NCBI GenBank assembly: GCA_028826165.1
Contig: JAPDFW010000074.1
Coordinates: forward strand, 248,001-312,000
DNA from: Anaeramoeba ignava BMAN
Lineage: Eukaryota > Protista > Anaeramoebae
Length of the DNA: 64,000 nt
Reading direction: 5' to 3'
A model generated the notes under the pieces. That model saw only the letters and a program-made list of their open reading frames with translations. It was not told the origin of the DNA and made no database searches. This document shows, in pieces, positions 35,969-49,627 of the stretch. Made by a program: the position numbers and the translations under genes. Numbering within the stretch: the stretch's first letter is position 1; each line of letters starts with the position of its first letter.

Positions 35969-38331
35969 TTAGAAATTATCACATAAAAAATGAATCCTTT
36001 TTGAACCATATTCTTCATATTCATTCCTTTTCAAAGAACGTTTCAAAAATTCTTCTCCATTTGTAAATTTTGAACCTCCAATCCAAGAAAGAATATCATT
36101 GTTTGTTTGAGAACTAATCAAGATATTTTGGTTTTGTGGGAAATAATAACCCAAATCTCTCTTCAATCTTTCTTCAAAACCTGGAAACATTGTCGATCCA
36201 CCTGAAAGAATAATATTCAATGATAAAATATTTTGGATTTTTGGTTCAAATAATTCCACAATTTCATAAATTGTTTCTTGAATTCCTTTTTGCTCAACAA
36301 ACGATAAATTTGGTTGAAAAAGTACTTCTGGTGTTGAAAATCTTTCTGAATTAAGAGTTATAATTTCTTCTCCAATTTTGAAATTTTTTTCACATCTCGA
36401 TGATTCTCTTGAGATCATAAGTTCCTCTTCATAATCTAAAGCAACATAACAAAGTTCCTCTTTGATTTGCTTAACAATTTCAAATTCAGATGTTGATGAG
36501 AAATAATGACCTGCTTGTTTAAGTTGTTTCACTAAATACTGAGTAAGACTTTTTCCTCCAAATTGAAAAAAATCTAATTTATAATTCGTTGAAAATTTTC
36601 CTTCATAAACTGGCAATATTTGAGTCAATCCATCCCCAATATCAACAACAAGTCCTGTTCTTCTATTCAATGCAAGAAGAGTTAATAAAGGCTGGATTTC
36701 AAATGCGATTGAAGGAAATGAAAAAGTTTCAAGGAATAGTTCAACTAATTTCTCTCTTTCTGGTTTTGATGCAAACATTGGCTCAGCAATGAGAACTGGT
36801 TCGTTTGCTGATTCCATTTTAAGTTCAGAGAAAAGAAGATGGTGATAAATTTTCTCAAGCTGATCCCAGTTTTTTACTCTTCCATTTTCGATTGGATACT
36901 CGATTCTTAATTCTTTTTTTGAAATTGCATCATTTCCAATATAATTTATTTTTTTCCGATTTGTTCCAATTAGATTCGGTAGTTTGATTTTGGGCGACAT
37001 TTCTCCTGAAAATCCTGCTTTAATTGAATTTGAACCTTGATCAATCACAATAGCATTTCCGTTTCCCATTTCCTTAATCCAAAAATTAAATTTAAATTTC
37101 AATTAATTTAAAATAAAAATAAAACCATTTCCATTTAACATTATTTTACAGATTGAGAAGGAATCTCTTTTTCAAATTGAATATAGAAATCATTTTCCAT
37201 TTCTGAAGTTTTCGAATAATCTTGAAATGTTGGAATTTCGCCATTTTCGTTGTAATCATCCATGGTATAAAACTTTGTAAACTCTTTCGCAATTTTTGAG
37301 CTTCCAATCCAATTCAAAAAATTCCGATTTTCCAAACTAACAATATTCACTTGATTTTGAGTTGATAATTCAAGCTCTTTTTTCAATCTTTCAGGAAAGC
37401 CTTGAAACAGCGTTGATCCACCAGATAAAATGATGTTCTGAAATAGCAATTGGTGATATTGAGGATCGCATTTTAAAATACTATCAGAAACTAGTTTGTG
37501 AATTGGATGATAATTCCAATCTTGCATTTTCGGTTGAAATAACAATTCGGGACAAATAAATCGAGATTGGGAAAGCGAAACAGTTTGGTAATCAGGAAGT
37601 TCATAAGATTTACTCAAATTTTCTTTTCGTGATTTTTCCATTTCCTTATCAAAATCCAAAGCAACATAGCATAATTTTTCTTTGATATCTTGCACTAATC
37701 CAATATCAGAGCTTTCATTGAGTATCGGCAAATTGACTGCCTCTGAATACATTAATTTCCTCAAAAATAAATTTAATTCATAGCCTGCAATATTTTGTTT
37801 TTGCACATTTTCAATAATTCCATTTCCATTAATAAAAGGCTCCACAATAGAAATACCGTCTCCAATATGAACAACAATTGCTGTTGAATTTCTATCGATT
37901 GAAGTTAGAATTGATTGGCAAAAATCATTCAAATGCAACGCAGGCACATTAAATGTTTCAAAAAGAATTTGACCTATTTTTTGTGATTGAATTTTTGGAT
38001 TTCGTGCGAATTCATTCACAAAAACAGGATATTTTTCAGGTTCAACACGAAGTTCATTATAATAAGCGTGATAAATTAATTTTTCATAATCATCCCAATT
38101 GTCAATGATCCCGTTTTTAATTACATAACGAAAACTAAGAAAACTTCGTTTGGATTTTATTTCATCTCCAACATATGAATCTTTATTATTAGCTCCAATC
38201 ATAACAAATTTATATTTGGGTCTCCCAACTATACTTGGAAAAACAGAACGAGGAGCGTTATCGCCAGCAAATCCTGCTTTGATATTATATGAACCGTGAT
38301 TCAGGCAAACAACTTGATTATTTTTTTCCAT
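35969..38331 (-). CDS. Actin-related protein(s): two divergent actin folds, probably one 761-aa tandem di-actin gene (exon 1 38331-37150, intron 37149-37073, exon 2 37072-35969)
   Basis: Both ORFs carry actin signatures (KAGFAGDNAPRSVFPSIVGRPK, IGDG, IKEKLCYVALDF, IILSGGST, WIG(G/S)S). A phase-0 GTAAAA...TAAG intron removes the stop and joins them in frame. Confidence 0.75.
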
Positions 38332-38385
38332 TTTAAAAAAGAAAAAATGAAAAAAATGAAATTTTCATTTTTCATTTCGAAAAAA

Positions 38386-40167
38386 ATGTCTATTCAATTT
38401 GTTCCCACTTTTGGTCCTTTGAAATATTATTTAGGCGGTTTATATGCTCCAAAAAATGAAATTAAATATAATCCTGATGATTATTTAAATTCTCTTATTC
38501 AAAGAATTGAGAAAAAAGAATCAAAAGCAATTTTAGAAACTATTTCCCAATTAATAAATGATTCTGAATTGAATTTTGACAAAATCAATATCTATGAAAT
38601 TGAATTTGTGAATTATGGAAGTTTGGAAATAATTTTCAGATTAAAATTCACTTATAAATCAAAAGAAATGTCTTTTATAATTGTTTCATCTCAACTTCCT
38701 TCTTTGATTGAAAAAGTTCATCAAGATTTTATTCACACAAAAGAGTTTCACAAACATTTCCCAAATTTAATTTTAGAAGTTTTCAATTATGATGAATTCC
38801 AACTTTCCAAATCAAAATTATCCATTTCTTTTTTTACTCAAATTGATCTTAATTTATGTAGATGTATTGCAAAAAACAAAAGCTATTCTGAAAATTGGGG
38901 AGTTTGTTATAATTATTTTTAATTTAAAATTTAAAATCAAAATTAAAAATCAAAATTAAAATCAAAATTAAAATCAAAATTAAAATTAAAATTAAAAATT
39001 AAAAAAAAAAAAATCAAAATCAAAATCAAAATCAAAATCAAAATCAAAATCAAAATCAAAATCAAAATCAAAATCAAAATCAAAATCAAAATCAAAATCA
39101 AAATCAAAATCAAAATCAAAATCAAAATCAAAATCAAAATCAAAATCAAAATTAAAATCAAAATCAAAATCAAAAAAATAAAAAAAAATCAAAATCAAAA
39201 ATCAAAATCAAAATCAAAATCAAAATCAAAAATCAAAATCAAATCAAAATAAAAAATTAAAAATCAAAATCAAAATCAAAATCAAAATTAAAATTAAAAT
39301 CAAAATTAAAATTAAAATTAAAATCAAAATCAAAATTAAAATTAAAATCAAAATCAAAATCAAAATCAAAATCAAAATCAAAATCAAAATCAAAATCAAA
39401 ATCAAAATCAAAATCAAAATAAAAATAAAAATAAAAATAAAAATCAAAATCAAAATCAAAATCAAAATAAAAATCAAAATCAAAATCAAAATCAAAATCA
39501 AAATCAAAATCAAAATAAAAATAAAAATCAAAATCAAAATCAAAATAAAAATAAAAATCAAAAAAATCAAAATCAAAATAAAAATCAAAATCAAAATCAA
39601 AATCAAAATCAAAATCAAAATCAAAATTAAAATCAAAATCAAAATTAAAATTAAAATCAAAATTAAAATCAAAATCAAAATAAAAATAAAAATCAAAATC
39701 AAAATCAAAATAAAAATCAAAATTAAAAATCAAAATCAAAATAAAAGATTTATAATCCAGAACCAATTTATAGATTTGAACCTTTTGATAATGAATTATC
39801 AGAATTCACAAAACAAATGATAATTGCTTCTTTAATTGGAACTTACAATCATAAACTCCAAAAAGGAATTTCTTGTTCAAGAGCTTCTGGTGGTGATTTT
39901 GTTCTTCTCAGAAATTTCGATTACTCTCAAAAATCTTTGAAAGAATGTTGGAGAATGATTTCTGTTAGAAATGAAATTGAAATTGATTTCCAAAATTATT
40001 GTGATTTGATTATCAAAGAATTCCAAATTTCATCTAAAATTTCAGATCAAAAAGTTATTGATGATTCTCTTAAAATTAACCATAATTCCAAAGAGGCATT
40101 TAAATTAGAAACAATTCAAAAAGGAATTGAATTAGGAAAAGAAATGAATAAAATTTGGATTAATTAA
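38386..40167 (+). CDS. Hypothetical protein, two exons (38386-38901, 39748-40167)
   Basis: A phase-0 GT-AG intron filled with (AAAATC)n joins ...SENWG|IYNPEPIYRFEPF...; TCATTT motifs precede the ATG. Confidence 0.65.
38930..39745 (+). repeat. (AAAATC/AAAATT)n intronic microsatellite
   Basis: Directly visible hexamer array. Confidence 0.9.
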
Positions 40168-40591
40168 AATTATAATTAAAATTAAAATTAAAATCAAAAT
40201 CAAAATCAAAATCAAAATCAAAATCAAAATTAAAATTAAAATTAAAATTAAAATCAAATTAAAATTAAAATCAAAATTAAAATCAAAATCAAAATCAAAA
40301 TCAAAATTAAAATTAAAATTAAAATTAAAATCAAAATCAAAATCAAAATCAAAATCAAAATCAAAATTAAAATTAAAATCAAAATCAAAATCAAAATCAA
40401 AATCAAAATCAAAATCAAAATCAAAATCAAAATTAAATTTAAAATCAAAATCAAAATCAAAATCAAAATCAAAATCAAAATCAAAATCAAAATCAAAATC
40501 AAAATCAAAATCAAAATCAAAATAAAAATCAAAATCAAAATCAAAATAAATGAAAATTAAAATTAAAAAGAAAAATTGGTTCGTTTTGATT

Positions 40592-40852
40592 TTATTTAAT
40601 TAAATCCGAAATTGAAATTGTTTCGGTTGGTTGATCAACATAATCAATAAAAACAAAATTTCCATTTAAATGAACATTTGTAGCTCCAGTTTTATTATCA
40701 TAATTTGCACCTTGATTCCAACTTCCTCCCCAACTCTTAATCTCTTTGTTTGTTCTTTTATCAACTAATGTCCATGTGTAATCTGAATGTGAATAGAAAT
40801 AACTATCATCCGAACGTTCACTTCGAACTATTTTATAATCTTTTTCAGTCAT
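40592..40852 (-). CDS. Small hypothetical protein (86 aa), likely beta-rich
   Basis: Complex-sequence ORF MTEKDYKIVRSERSDDSYFY...; TCATTTT motifs upstream on the same strand. Confidence 0.6.
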   Translation of the reverse strand: MTEKDYKIVRSERSDDSYFYSHSDYTWTLVDKRTNKEIKSWGGSWNQGANYDNKTGATNVHLNGNFVFIDYVDQPTETISISDLIK

Positions 40853-40914
40853 TTTTTTTGTTGTTTTTTTAAACAAGAAAAGAAAAAATGAAAAATAAAA
40901 AATAAAAAAATGAA

Positions 40915-41460
40915 AAATAAGAATAGATTTAATTTAATATTTAATTAATAAATTAATTTAAAAATATAATTTAATATTTAATTTTATGTTTAAAATAATA
41001 ATTTATTGTTTTAAATTTAAATATTTTATTATTTAAATATTTAACATAAAAATATAAAAAATAAGAATAGGTTTAATTTAATATTCAATTAATAAATTAA
41101 TTTAAAAATATAATTTAATATTTAATTTTATTATTAAAATAATAATTTAATGTTTTGAATTTAAATATTTTATTATTTAAATATTTAACATATAAATATA
41201 AAAATGAGAATAGATTTAATTTAATATTCAGATTTATAAATTAATTTAAAAATATAATTTAATATTTAATTTTATGTTTAAAATAATAATTTAATGTTTT
41301 AGATTTAAATATTTTATTATTTAAATATTTAACATATAAATATAAAAAATAAGAATAGATTTAATTTAATATTTAATTAATAAATTAATTTAAAAATATA
41401 ATTTTATATTTAATTTTATGTTTAAAATAATAATTTATTGTTTTAGATTTAAATATAAAA
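40915..41460 (-). repeat. ~145-bp AT-rich satellite, about 4 units (reverse orientation)
   Basis: Reverse complement of the unit at 24340, downstream of copy C. Confidence 0.8.
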
Positions 41461-41557
41461 ATTGAATGAAATTTTATTTTCTTTTTTTAATTTTTGAAAT
41501 TGAAATTGAATTTGAAATTGAAGGAAATTGAAATTGAATTTGAAATTGAATTTGGAA

Positions 41558-44294
41558 TTAAATATCCAAATCATCATGAAGTTCTTTTTCTTCTTTGTTT
41601 TCTTTGATAATTTCTTTGATAATTCGTTTTCTTCTTTTTTTCTTTTTATAGAAAATAATTCCAATAATAATTATTGAAATAATAACAATAATTGGAATAA
41701 TTATTCCTAAAGTTATTGCTGTTGTTTTTGAATTATTATTAGATTCATTTGTTGTTGATATTGTAATTGATGTTGTTGAATTAATTCCTGAATATTGATT
41801 AAATGAACAATTTAAATCAGCTGATGAATAAATTGAAATTTCATAATATTCTTCTCCTTTTAATCCTGAAGAAACTGAATAAATTGTTGTTAGATTTGTT
41901 AAACAAATTGAAGTTGAATTATAAGTAAATGAATATGCTTTTAATCCACTTGATAAAATTAATGAATTCCAATTACATACAAATCCATTAATTAATGAAT
42001 TACAAATTAATGAAGTAATATTTCCTAATTTAGCTCTTGTTGAAATAATTGAACTTGGTAATCCTAAATATGGAGTTTCACAATTTAAATCTGAACATCC
42101 TCGAATTGAAATATTATATTCAATATTTCCTGATATTCCACTTATTATTCCAATACCTTCATTTCCACTTAAATCAAGAGATGTGAATTTTTCCCAATTT
42201 GTTTCATTATTAAGTGAAATTGAATAATTATTTGCATTTGTTAATTTTGTGAAATTAAATTCAATTTCTTCAATTTTGGAAATTGTTTCATAAATTATTG
42301 GAGATGGTAAATTATCAGTTTTAATTGAAATTGATGAAATATATCCACATTTTCCATTTGAATTACATGCTGATATATTGATTTGATATTCTTGATTTGG
42401 AAATTGAACTGTAAATTGTTGATTTGATGAAGTTGGTTGATAATTTCCTGAATCATTTTGATAAATTGATTGATAAGTTAAATTATAATAAAATGGAATT
42501 GAACAATTAATTGGTTGATTCCAATTACAATTAATATCTATTGAATTTGAAATTGAACATGTTAAATTTGTAATTTCACCAAATAATAATGAAATTGATG
42601 ATTCAACAATTTCTCCTTTATCATCTCCTTCACATTCTTGTGTTCTACATCCACAAATTGAAATATTATAATCATTTTCACATTCTAAATTATTCAAAAA
42701 ATAATCAAGTGAAGAATTATCAACTGAAATGAAAGATATTAAATCAGGTTGAGATTGAATGATATAAGAAAGATTATAATGATTAAGATGAGCAATTCCT
42801 TCATTTATTTGAACATTTGGATAATCCCAAGTAACATTAATTGAATTGTTTGAAGGATTTGATAATTGAAAATCTTTTACAGAATCAATTTTTGTTGTTA
42901 AATTAATGAAAGAAGAAGATTCACCACATTTCATTGTTACATTATCACAAGCTTTGATTTGAATTGAATAATATTCATTTCCAGTAATATTATCATAAAT
43001 TGAAGAATTAAATTGTTGATAATAAACATTTCCATCTTCAAGAATTGGATAATCAATATCAATCCAATCATATCCATAATTAATTTGATAAATCAATGTT
43101 AAAGAAGATTGAATTTTATCCCAATAACAATCAAATAATGAAAACAAAGATGAACAATTAAGAATAATAACTTGGGGAATGAAACTACCTTCATAAACAA
43201 ATACTTGATTTGCAACATAAGCTCCAATAACAGTAAAATTTCCATAAATTGAAACAGAATATCCAAAATTTGAAGCTGATTCACTCAACATTTTTTCTTG
43301 ATTCCAAATTGATTCATTATATCTGTAAATAAATGCTTTTCTTTCATCAGTAGCTCCAATAACAATAACATCTTCATAAATTGAAACAGAACATCCAAAA
43401 GTTGAATATGAAGGTTCACCCAAATTTTGTTCTTCATTCCAATTTGTTCCATTATATCTGTAAATAAATGCTTGATTTGCATATAAAGTTCCAATAACAA
43501 TAACATCTTTATAAATTGAAACAGAATATCCAAAATTTGAATATGAAGGTTCACTCAAATTTTCTTCTTGATTCCAAATTGATTCATTATATCTGTAAAT
43601 AAATGCTTGGCTTGTATAATCAGTACCAATAACAATAACATCTTTATAAATTGAAACACTCCATCCAAAATATGAAATTGAAGGTTCATCCAAAACTTGT
43701 TCTTCATTCCAAATTGATTCATTATATCTGTAAATAAATGCTTGTTTTGCACCAGGAGCTCCAATAACAATAACATCTTCATAAATTGAAACACTCCATC
43801 CAAAATATTGAGCTGAAGATTCATAGAAATTTTGTTCTTGATTCCAAATTGATCCATTATATCTGTAAATAAATGCTTTTCTTGCATCAGGAGCTCCAAT
43901 AACAATAACATCTTCATAAATTGAAACAGACTTCCCAAAATTTGTAATTGATTCACTCAAAATTTTGTTCTTCATTCCAAATTGATTCATTATATCTGTA
44001 AATATATGCTTGATTTGCACCAAAAGCACCAATAACAGTAACATCTCCATAAATTGAAACAGAATGCCCAAAATATCCTGAACCTGAAAATTGATTTAAT
44101 AAATTCCAAATCCAAGCTTCATCTGGAGTAGAATAATATCTTGTTGTTTCTGTTAATAATCTTGTTGTTTCTAGTTCTTGAATTATTGTGGAAATTGAAT
44201 TTTGTTGATTTTGATTTTGATTTTGATTTGATTGAATTAAGAAAATATTAATAATTAAGAAAAAGAAAAAAGAAAAGAAAAGAATTAATTTCAT
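41558..44294 (-). CDS. Receptor copy C (7 blades) with a +1 frameshift near 43960
   Basis: ORFs 43953..44294 and 41558..44071 overlap in different frames; CAAAATTTTGAGT has one extra base versus paralogues. Confidence 0.8.
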
Positions 44295-44819
44295 TTTTGT
44301 TTTGCTTTTTTTAACTATTTTTGAATTAAAAATAAATAGAAAATTAATAAAATAAGTTTATTTTTGTGTTTATTTTGTGTTTATTAATTAAAAAAAATAT
44401 TTTTTTTCTTACTTTTTTGTTGTTGTTTTTGTTTTTGTTTGAAAGAAAAAAAGAATGAAAGAAAAAGAAAAAAATGATTATTTTTTTTATTTAATTAAAT
44501 TTGAAAAAAAAAATTTTTTTTTTTGTTTATTTTTTTAATTAAAAAATTGAATAAATGAATTTAAAATTTATTTTAAAATATATTTTAGAAATAAATTTTT
44601 ATTATTAATTAATGATAATTTCTATTTAAATTAATGAATAAATTTTAATTCAAATTTTCAAAAAAAAAGAAAAAGAAATTTAATAAGAATTTAATAAGAA
44701 TTTAATAAGAAAAAGAAAAAGAATTTTATTTCTAATTTAAATCAAAATTAAATTTAAATTAAATCTAAATTAAATCTAAATTAAAAATTGATTCAAATTT
44801 ATACATTTTTTTCTTTTTG

Positions 44820-46090
44820 TAAATATAAAAAATAAGAATAGATTTAATTTAATATTCAATTTATAAATTAATTTAAAAATATAATTTAATATTTAATTTT
44901 ATGTTTAAAATAATAATTTATTGTTTTATATTTAAATATTTTATTATTTAAATATTTAACATAAAAATATAAAAATAAGAATAGATTTAATTTAATATTT
45001 AATTTATAAATTAATTTAAAAATATAATTTAATATTTAATTTTATGTTTAAAATAATAATTTATTGTTTTATATTTAAATATTTTATTATTTAAATATTT
45101 AGCATATAAATATAAAAATGAAAATAGATTTAATTTAATATTTAATTTATAAATTAATTTGGAAATATAATTTAATATTTAATTTTATGTTTAAAATAAT
45201 AATTTAATGTTTTAGATTTAAATATTTTATTATTTAAATATTTAGCAAATAAATATAAAAATGAGAATAGATTTAATTTAATATTCAATTTATAAATTAA
45301 TTTAAAAATATAATTTAATATTTAATTTTATGTTTAAAATAATAATTTAATGTTTTAGATGTAAATATTTTATTATTTAAATATTTAACATAAAAATATG
45401 AAAAATAAGAATAGATTTAATTTAATATTTAATTTAAAAATTAATTTAAAAATATAATTTAATATTTAATTTTATTATTAAAATAATAATTTATTGTTTT
45501 AAATCTAAATATTTTATTATTTAAATATTTAGCATATAAATATAAAAATGAAAATAAATTTAATTTAATATTTAATTTATAAATTAATTCAAAATAATAA
45601 TTTAATATTTAATTTTATTATTAAAATAATAATTTGTTTTAAATCTAAATATTTTATTATTTAAATATTTAACATAAAAATATGAAAAATAAGAATAGAT
45701 TTAATTTAATATTTAATTTATAAATTAATTTAAAAATATAATTTAATATTTAATTTTATGTTTAAAATAATAATTTATTGTTTTAGATGTAAATATTTTA
45801 TTATTTAAATATTTAACATAAAAATATGAAAAATAAGAATAGATTTAATTTAATATTCAATTTATAAATTAATTTAAAAATATAATTTAATATTTAACTC
45901 TATTATTAAAATAATAATTTAATGTTTTAGATTTAAATATTTTATTATTTAAATATTTAACATATAAATATAAAAAATAAGAATAGATTTAATTTAATAT
46001 TTAATTTATAAATTAATTTAAAAATATAATTTAATATTTAATTTTATTATTAAAATAATAATTTATTGTTTTAGATTTAAATATAAAAGT
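44820..46090 (-). repeat. ~145-bp AT-rich satellite, about 9 units
   Basis: Tandem units between copies D and C. Confidence 0.85.
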
Positions 46091-46185
46091 AGAATGAAAT
46101 TTTGTTTTTTATTTTCTTGATTTTTGAAATTGAAGAAAAATGAAAAAAAGGAAATTGATTTGAAAAATGAAAATTGAATTTGGAA

Positions 46186-48921
46186 TTAAATATCCAAATT
46201 ATCTTGAAGTTCTTGTTCTTCTTTGTTTTCTTCTTGTTTTTTTGGTTTTGATTTTTTTCTTTTTTTCTTCTTATAGAAAATAATTCCAATAATAATTATT
46301 GAAATAATAACAATAATTGGAATAATTATACCTAAAGTTATTGCTGTTGTTTTTGAATTATTATTAGGTTCATTTGTTGATGATATTGTAATTGATGTTG
46401 TTGAATTAATTCCTGAATATTCATTAAATGAACAATTTAAATCAGCTGATGAATAAATTGAAATTTCATAATATTCTCCTTCATTTAATCCTGAAGAAAC
46501 TGAATAATTTGTTGTTAGATTTGTTAAGCAAATTGAAGTTGAATTATAAGTAAATGAATATGCTTTTAATCCACTTGATAAAATTAATGAATCCCAAGTA
46601 CATTCAAATCCATTAATTAATGAATTACAATTTAATGAAGTAATATTTCCTAATTTAGTTCTTGTTGAAATAATTGAACTAGGTAATCCTAAATATGGAG
46701 TTTCACAATTTAAATCTGAACATCCTCGAATTGAAATATTATATTCAATATTTCCTGATATTCCACTTATGATTCCAATTATTTCATTTCCACTTAAATT
46801 AAGAGATGTGAATTTTTCCCAATTTGTTTCATTATTAAGTGAAATTGAATAATTATTTGCATTTGTTAATTTTGTGAAATTAAATTCAATTTCTTCAATT
46901 TTGGAAATTGTTTCATAAATTATTGGAGATGTTAAATTATCAGTTTTAATTGAAATTGATGAAATATATCCACATTTTCCATTTGAATTACATGCTGATA
47001 TATTGATTTGATATTCTTGATTTGGGAATTGAACTGTAAATTGTTGATTTGATGAAGTTGATTGATAATTTCCTGAATCATTTTGATAAATTGATTGATA
47101 AGTTAAATTATAATAAAATGGAATTGAACAATTAATTGGTTGATTCCAATTACAATTAATATCTATTGAATTTGAAATTGAACATGTTAAATTTGTAATT
47201 TCACCAAATAATAATGAAATTGATGAATCAACAATTTCTCCTTTATCATCTCCTTCACATTCTTGTGTTCTACATCCACAAATTGAAATATTATAATCAT
47301 TTTCACATTCTAAATTATTCAAAAAATAATCAAGTGAAGAATTATCAACTGAAATGAAAGATATTAAATCAGGTTGAGATTGAATGAAATAAGAAAGATT
47401 ATAATGATTAAGATGAGCAATTCCTTCATTGATTTGAACATTTGGATAATCCCAAGTAACATTAATTGAATTGTTTGAAGGATTTGATAATTGAAAATCT
47501 TTTACAGAATCAATTTTTGTTGTTAAATTAATGAAAGAAGAAGATTCACCACATTTCATTGTTACATTATCACAAGCTTTGATTTGAATTGAATAATATT
47601 CATTTCCAGTAATATTATCATAAATTGAAGAATTAAATTGTTGATAATAAACATTTCCATCTTCAAGAATTGGATAATCAATATCAATCCAATCATATCC
47701 ATAATTAATTTGATATTTCAGAGTTGAAGGAAATTCAATTTTATCCCAATAACAATCAAATAATGAAAACAAAGATGAACAATTAACAATATTAACTTGA
47801 GGAATGAAACTACCTTCATAAACAAATGCTTTATTTCCATTATAAGCTCCAATAACAGTAAAATTCCCATAAATTGAAACAGACCATCCAAAATTTGTAA
47901 TTAAAGGTTCACTCAAATTTTTTTCTTGATTCCAAATTGATTCATTATATCTGTAAATAAATGCTTGATTTGCATAAGGAGCTCCAATAACAATAACATC
48001 TTCATAAATTGAAACAGAAATTCCAAAACTTGAAATTGAAGGTTTACTCAAATTTTGTTCTTCATTCCAAATTGATTCATTATATCTGTAAATAAATGCT
48101 TGATTTGCATAAGTTCCAATAACAATAACATCTTCATAAATTGAAACAGAATATCCAAAACTTGTAATTGAAGGTTCATAGAAATTTTGTTCTTCATTCC
48201 AAATTGTTCCATTATATCTGTAAATAAATGCTTGATTTGCCATAGGAGCTCCAATAACAATAACATCTTCATAAATTGAAACAGAAATTCCAAAACTTGA
48301 AATTGAAGGTTTACTCAAATTTTCTTCTTGATTCCAAATTGTTCCATTATATCTGTAAATAAATACTTGATTTGCAGCATGAGCTCCAATAACAAGAACA
48401 TTCTCATAAATTGAAACACTCCATCCAAAATATGGAATTAAAGGTTCATAGAAATTTTTTTCTTGATTCCAAATTGATTCATTATATCTGTAAATAAATG
48501 CTTGATTTGCATCATAAGCACCAATAACAATAACATCTTCATAAATTGAAACAGAATGCCCAAAATGTGAAGCTGAAGGTTTATCCAAAACTTGTTCTTG
48601 ATTCCAAATTGTTCCATTATATCTGTAAATATATGCTTTTCTTGCATTATCAGCACCAATAACAAGAACATCTTTATAAATTGAAACAGAATCTCCAAAA
48701 TTTCCTGAACCTGAAAATTGATTTAATAAATTCCAAATCCAAGCTTCATCTGGAGTAGAATAATATCTTGTTGTTTCTGTTAATAATCTTGTTGTTTCTA
48801 ATTCTTGAATTATTGTTGAAATTGAATTTTGTTGATCTTGATTTTGATTTTGATTTGATTGAATTAAGAAAATATTAATAATTAAGAAAAAGAAAAAGGA
48901 AAAGAAAAGAATTAATTTCAT
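46186..48921 (-). CDS. Receptor copy D (7 blades, 911 aa, intact)
   Basis: Full ORF with the same architecture as copy B. Confidence 0.9.
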   Translation of the reverse strand: MKLILFFSFFFFLIINIFLIQSNQNQNQDQQNSISTIIQELETTRLLTETTRYYSTPDEAWIWNLLNQFSGSGNFGDSVSIYKDVLVIGADNARKAYIYRYNGTIWNQEQVLDKPSASHFGHSVSIYEDVIVIGAYDANQAFIYRYNESIWNQEKNFYEPLIPYFGWSVSIYENVLVIGAHAANQVFIYRYNGTIWNQEENLSKPSISSFGISVSIYEDVIVIGAPMANQAFIYRYNGTIWNEEQNFYEPSITSFGYSVSIYEDVIVIGTYANQAFIYRYNESIWNEEQNLSKPSISSFGISVSIYEDVIVIGAPYANQAFIYRYNESIWNQEKNLSEPLITNFGWSVSIYGNFTVIGAYNGNKAFVYEGSFIPQVNIVNCSSLFSLFDCYWDKIEFPSTLKYQINYGYDWIDIDYPILEDGNVYYQQFNSSIYDNITGNEYYSIQIKACDNVTMKCGESSSFINLTTKIDSVKDFQLSNPSNNSINVTWDYPNVQINEGIAHLNHYNLSYFIQSQPDLISFISVDNSSLDYFLNNLECENDYNISICGCRTQECEGDDKGEIVDSSISLLFGEITNLTCSISNSIDINCNWNQPINCSIPFYYNLTYQSIYQNDSGNYQSTSSNQQFTVQFPNQEYQINISACNSNGKCGYISSISIKTDNLTSPIIYETISKIEEIEFNFTKLTNANNYSISLNNETNWEKFTSLNLSGNEIIGIISGISGNIEYNISIRGCSDLNCETPYLGLPSSIISTRTKLGNITSLNCNSLINGFECTWDSLILSSGLKAYSFTYNSTSICLTNLTTNYSVSSGLNEGEYYEISIYSSADLNCSFNEYSGINSTTSITISSTNEPNNNSKTTAITLGIIIPIIVIISIIIIGIIFYKKKKRKKSKPKKQEENKEEQELQDNLDI

Positions 48922-49627
48922 TTTTGCTTTGTTTTGTTAACTATTTTTGAATTAAAAATAAATAGAAAATTAATAAAATAAGTTTATTTTTTGTGTTTAT
49001 TTTGTGTTTATTAATTAAAAAATATTTTTTTTCTTACTTTTTTGTTTTTGTTTTTGTTTTTGTTTGAAAGAAAAAAAGAATGAAAGAAGGAAAGAAAAAA
49101 ATGATTAATTTTTTTATTTAATTAAATTTGAAAAAAAAAATTTTTTTTTTTGTTTATTTTTTTAATTAAAAAATTGAATAAATGAATTTAAAATTAAATT
49201 TAAATTATATTTTAGGAATAATTTTTTATTATTAATTAATGATAATTTCTATTTAAATTAATGAAATAAATTTTAATTTAAATTTTTCAAAAAAAAAGAA
49301 AAAGAAATTTAATAATAATTTAATAATAATTTAATAATAATTTAATAATAATTTAATAATAAAAAGAAAGAGAATTTTATTTCTAATTTAATCTAAATTA
49401 AATCTAAATTAAATCTAAATTAAAAATTGAAAAAAAAAATTTTTTTTTTTGTTTATTTTTTTAATTAAAAAATTGAATAAATGAATTTAAAATTAAATTT
49501 AAAATATATTTTAGGAATAATTTTTTATTATTAATTAATGATAATTTCTATTTAAATTAATGAAATAAATTTTAATTTAAATTTTTCAAAAAAAAAGAAA
49601 AAGAAATTTAATAATAATTTAATAATA

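Noticed and set aside
38943-40544. Poly-IL and poly-DF ORFs
   Set aside because: (AAAATC)n microsatellites in an intron and an intergenic region.
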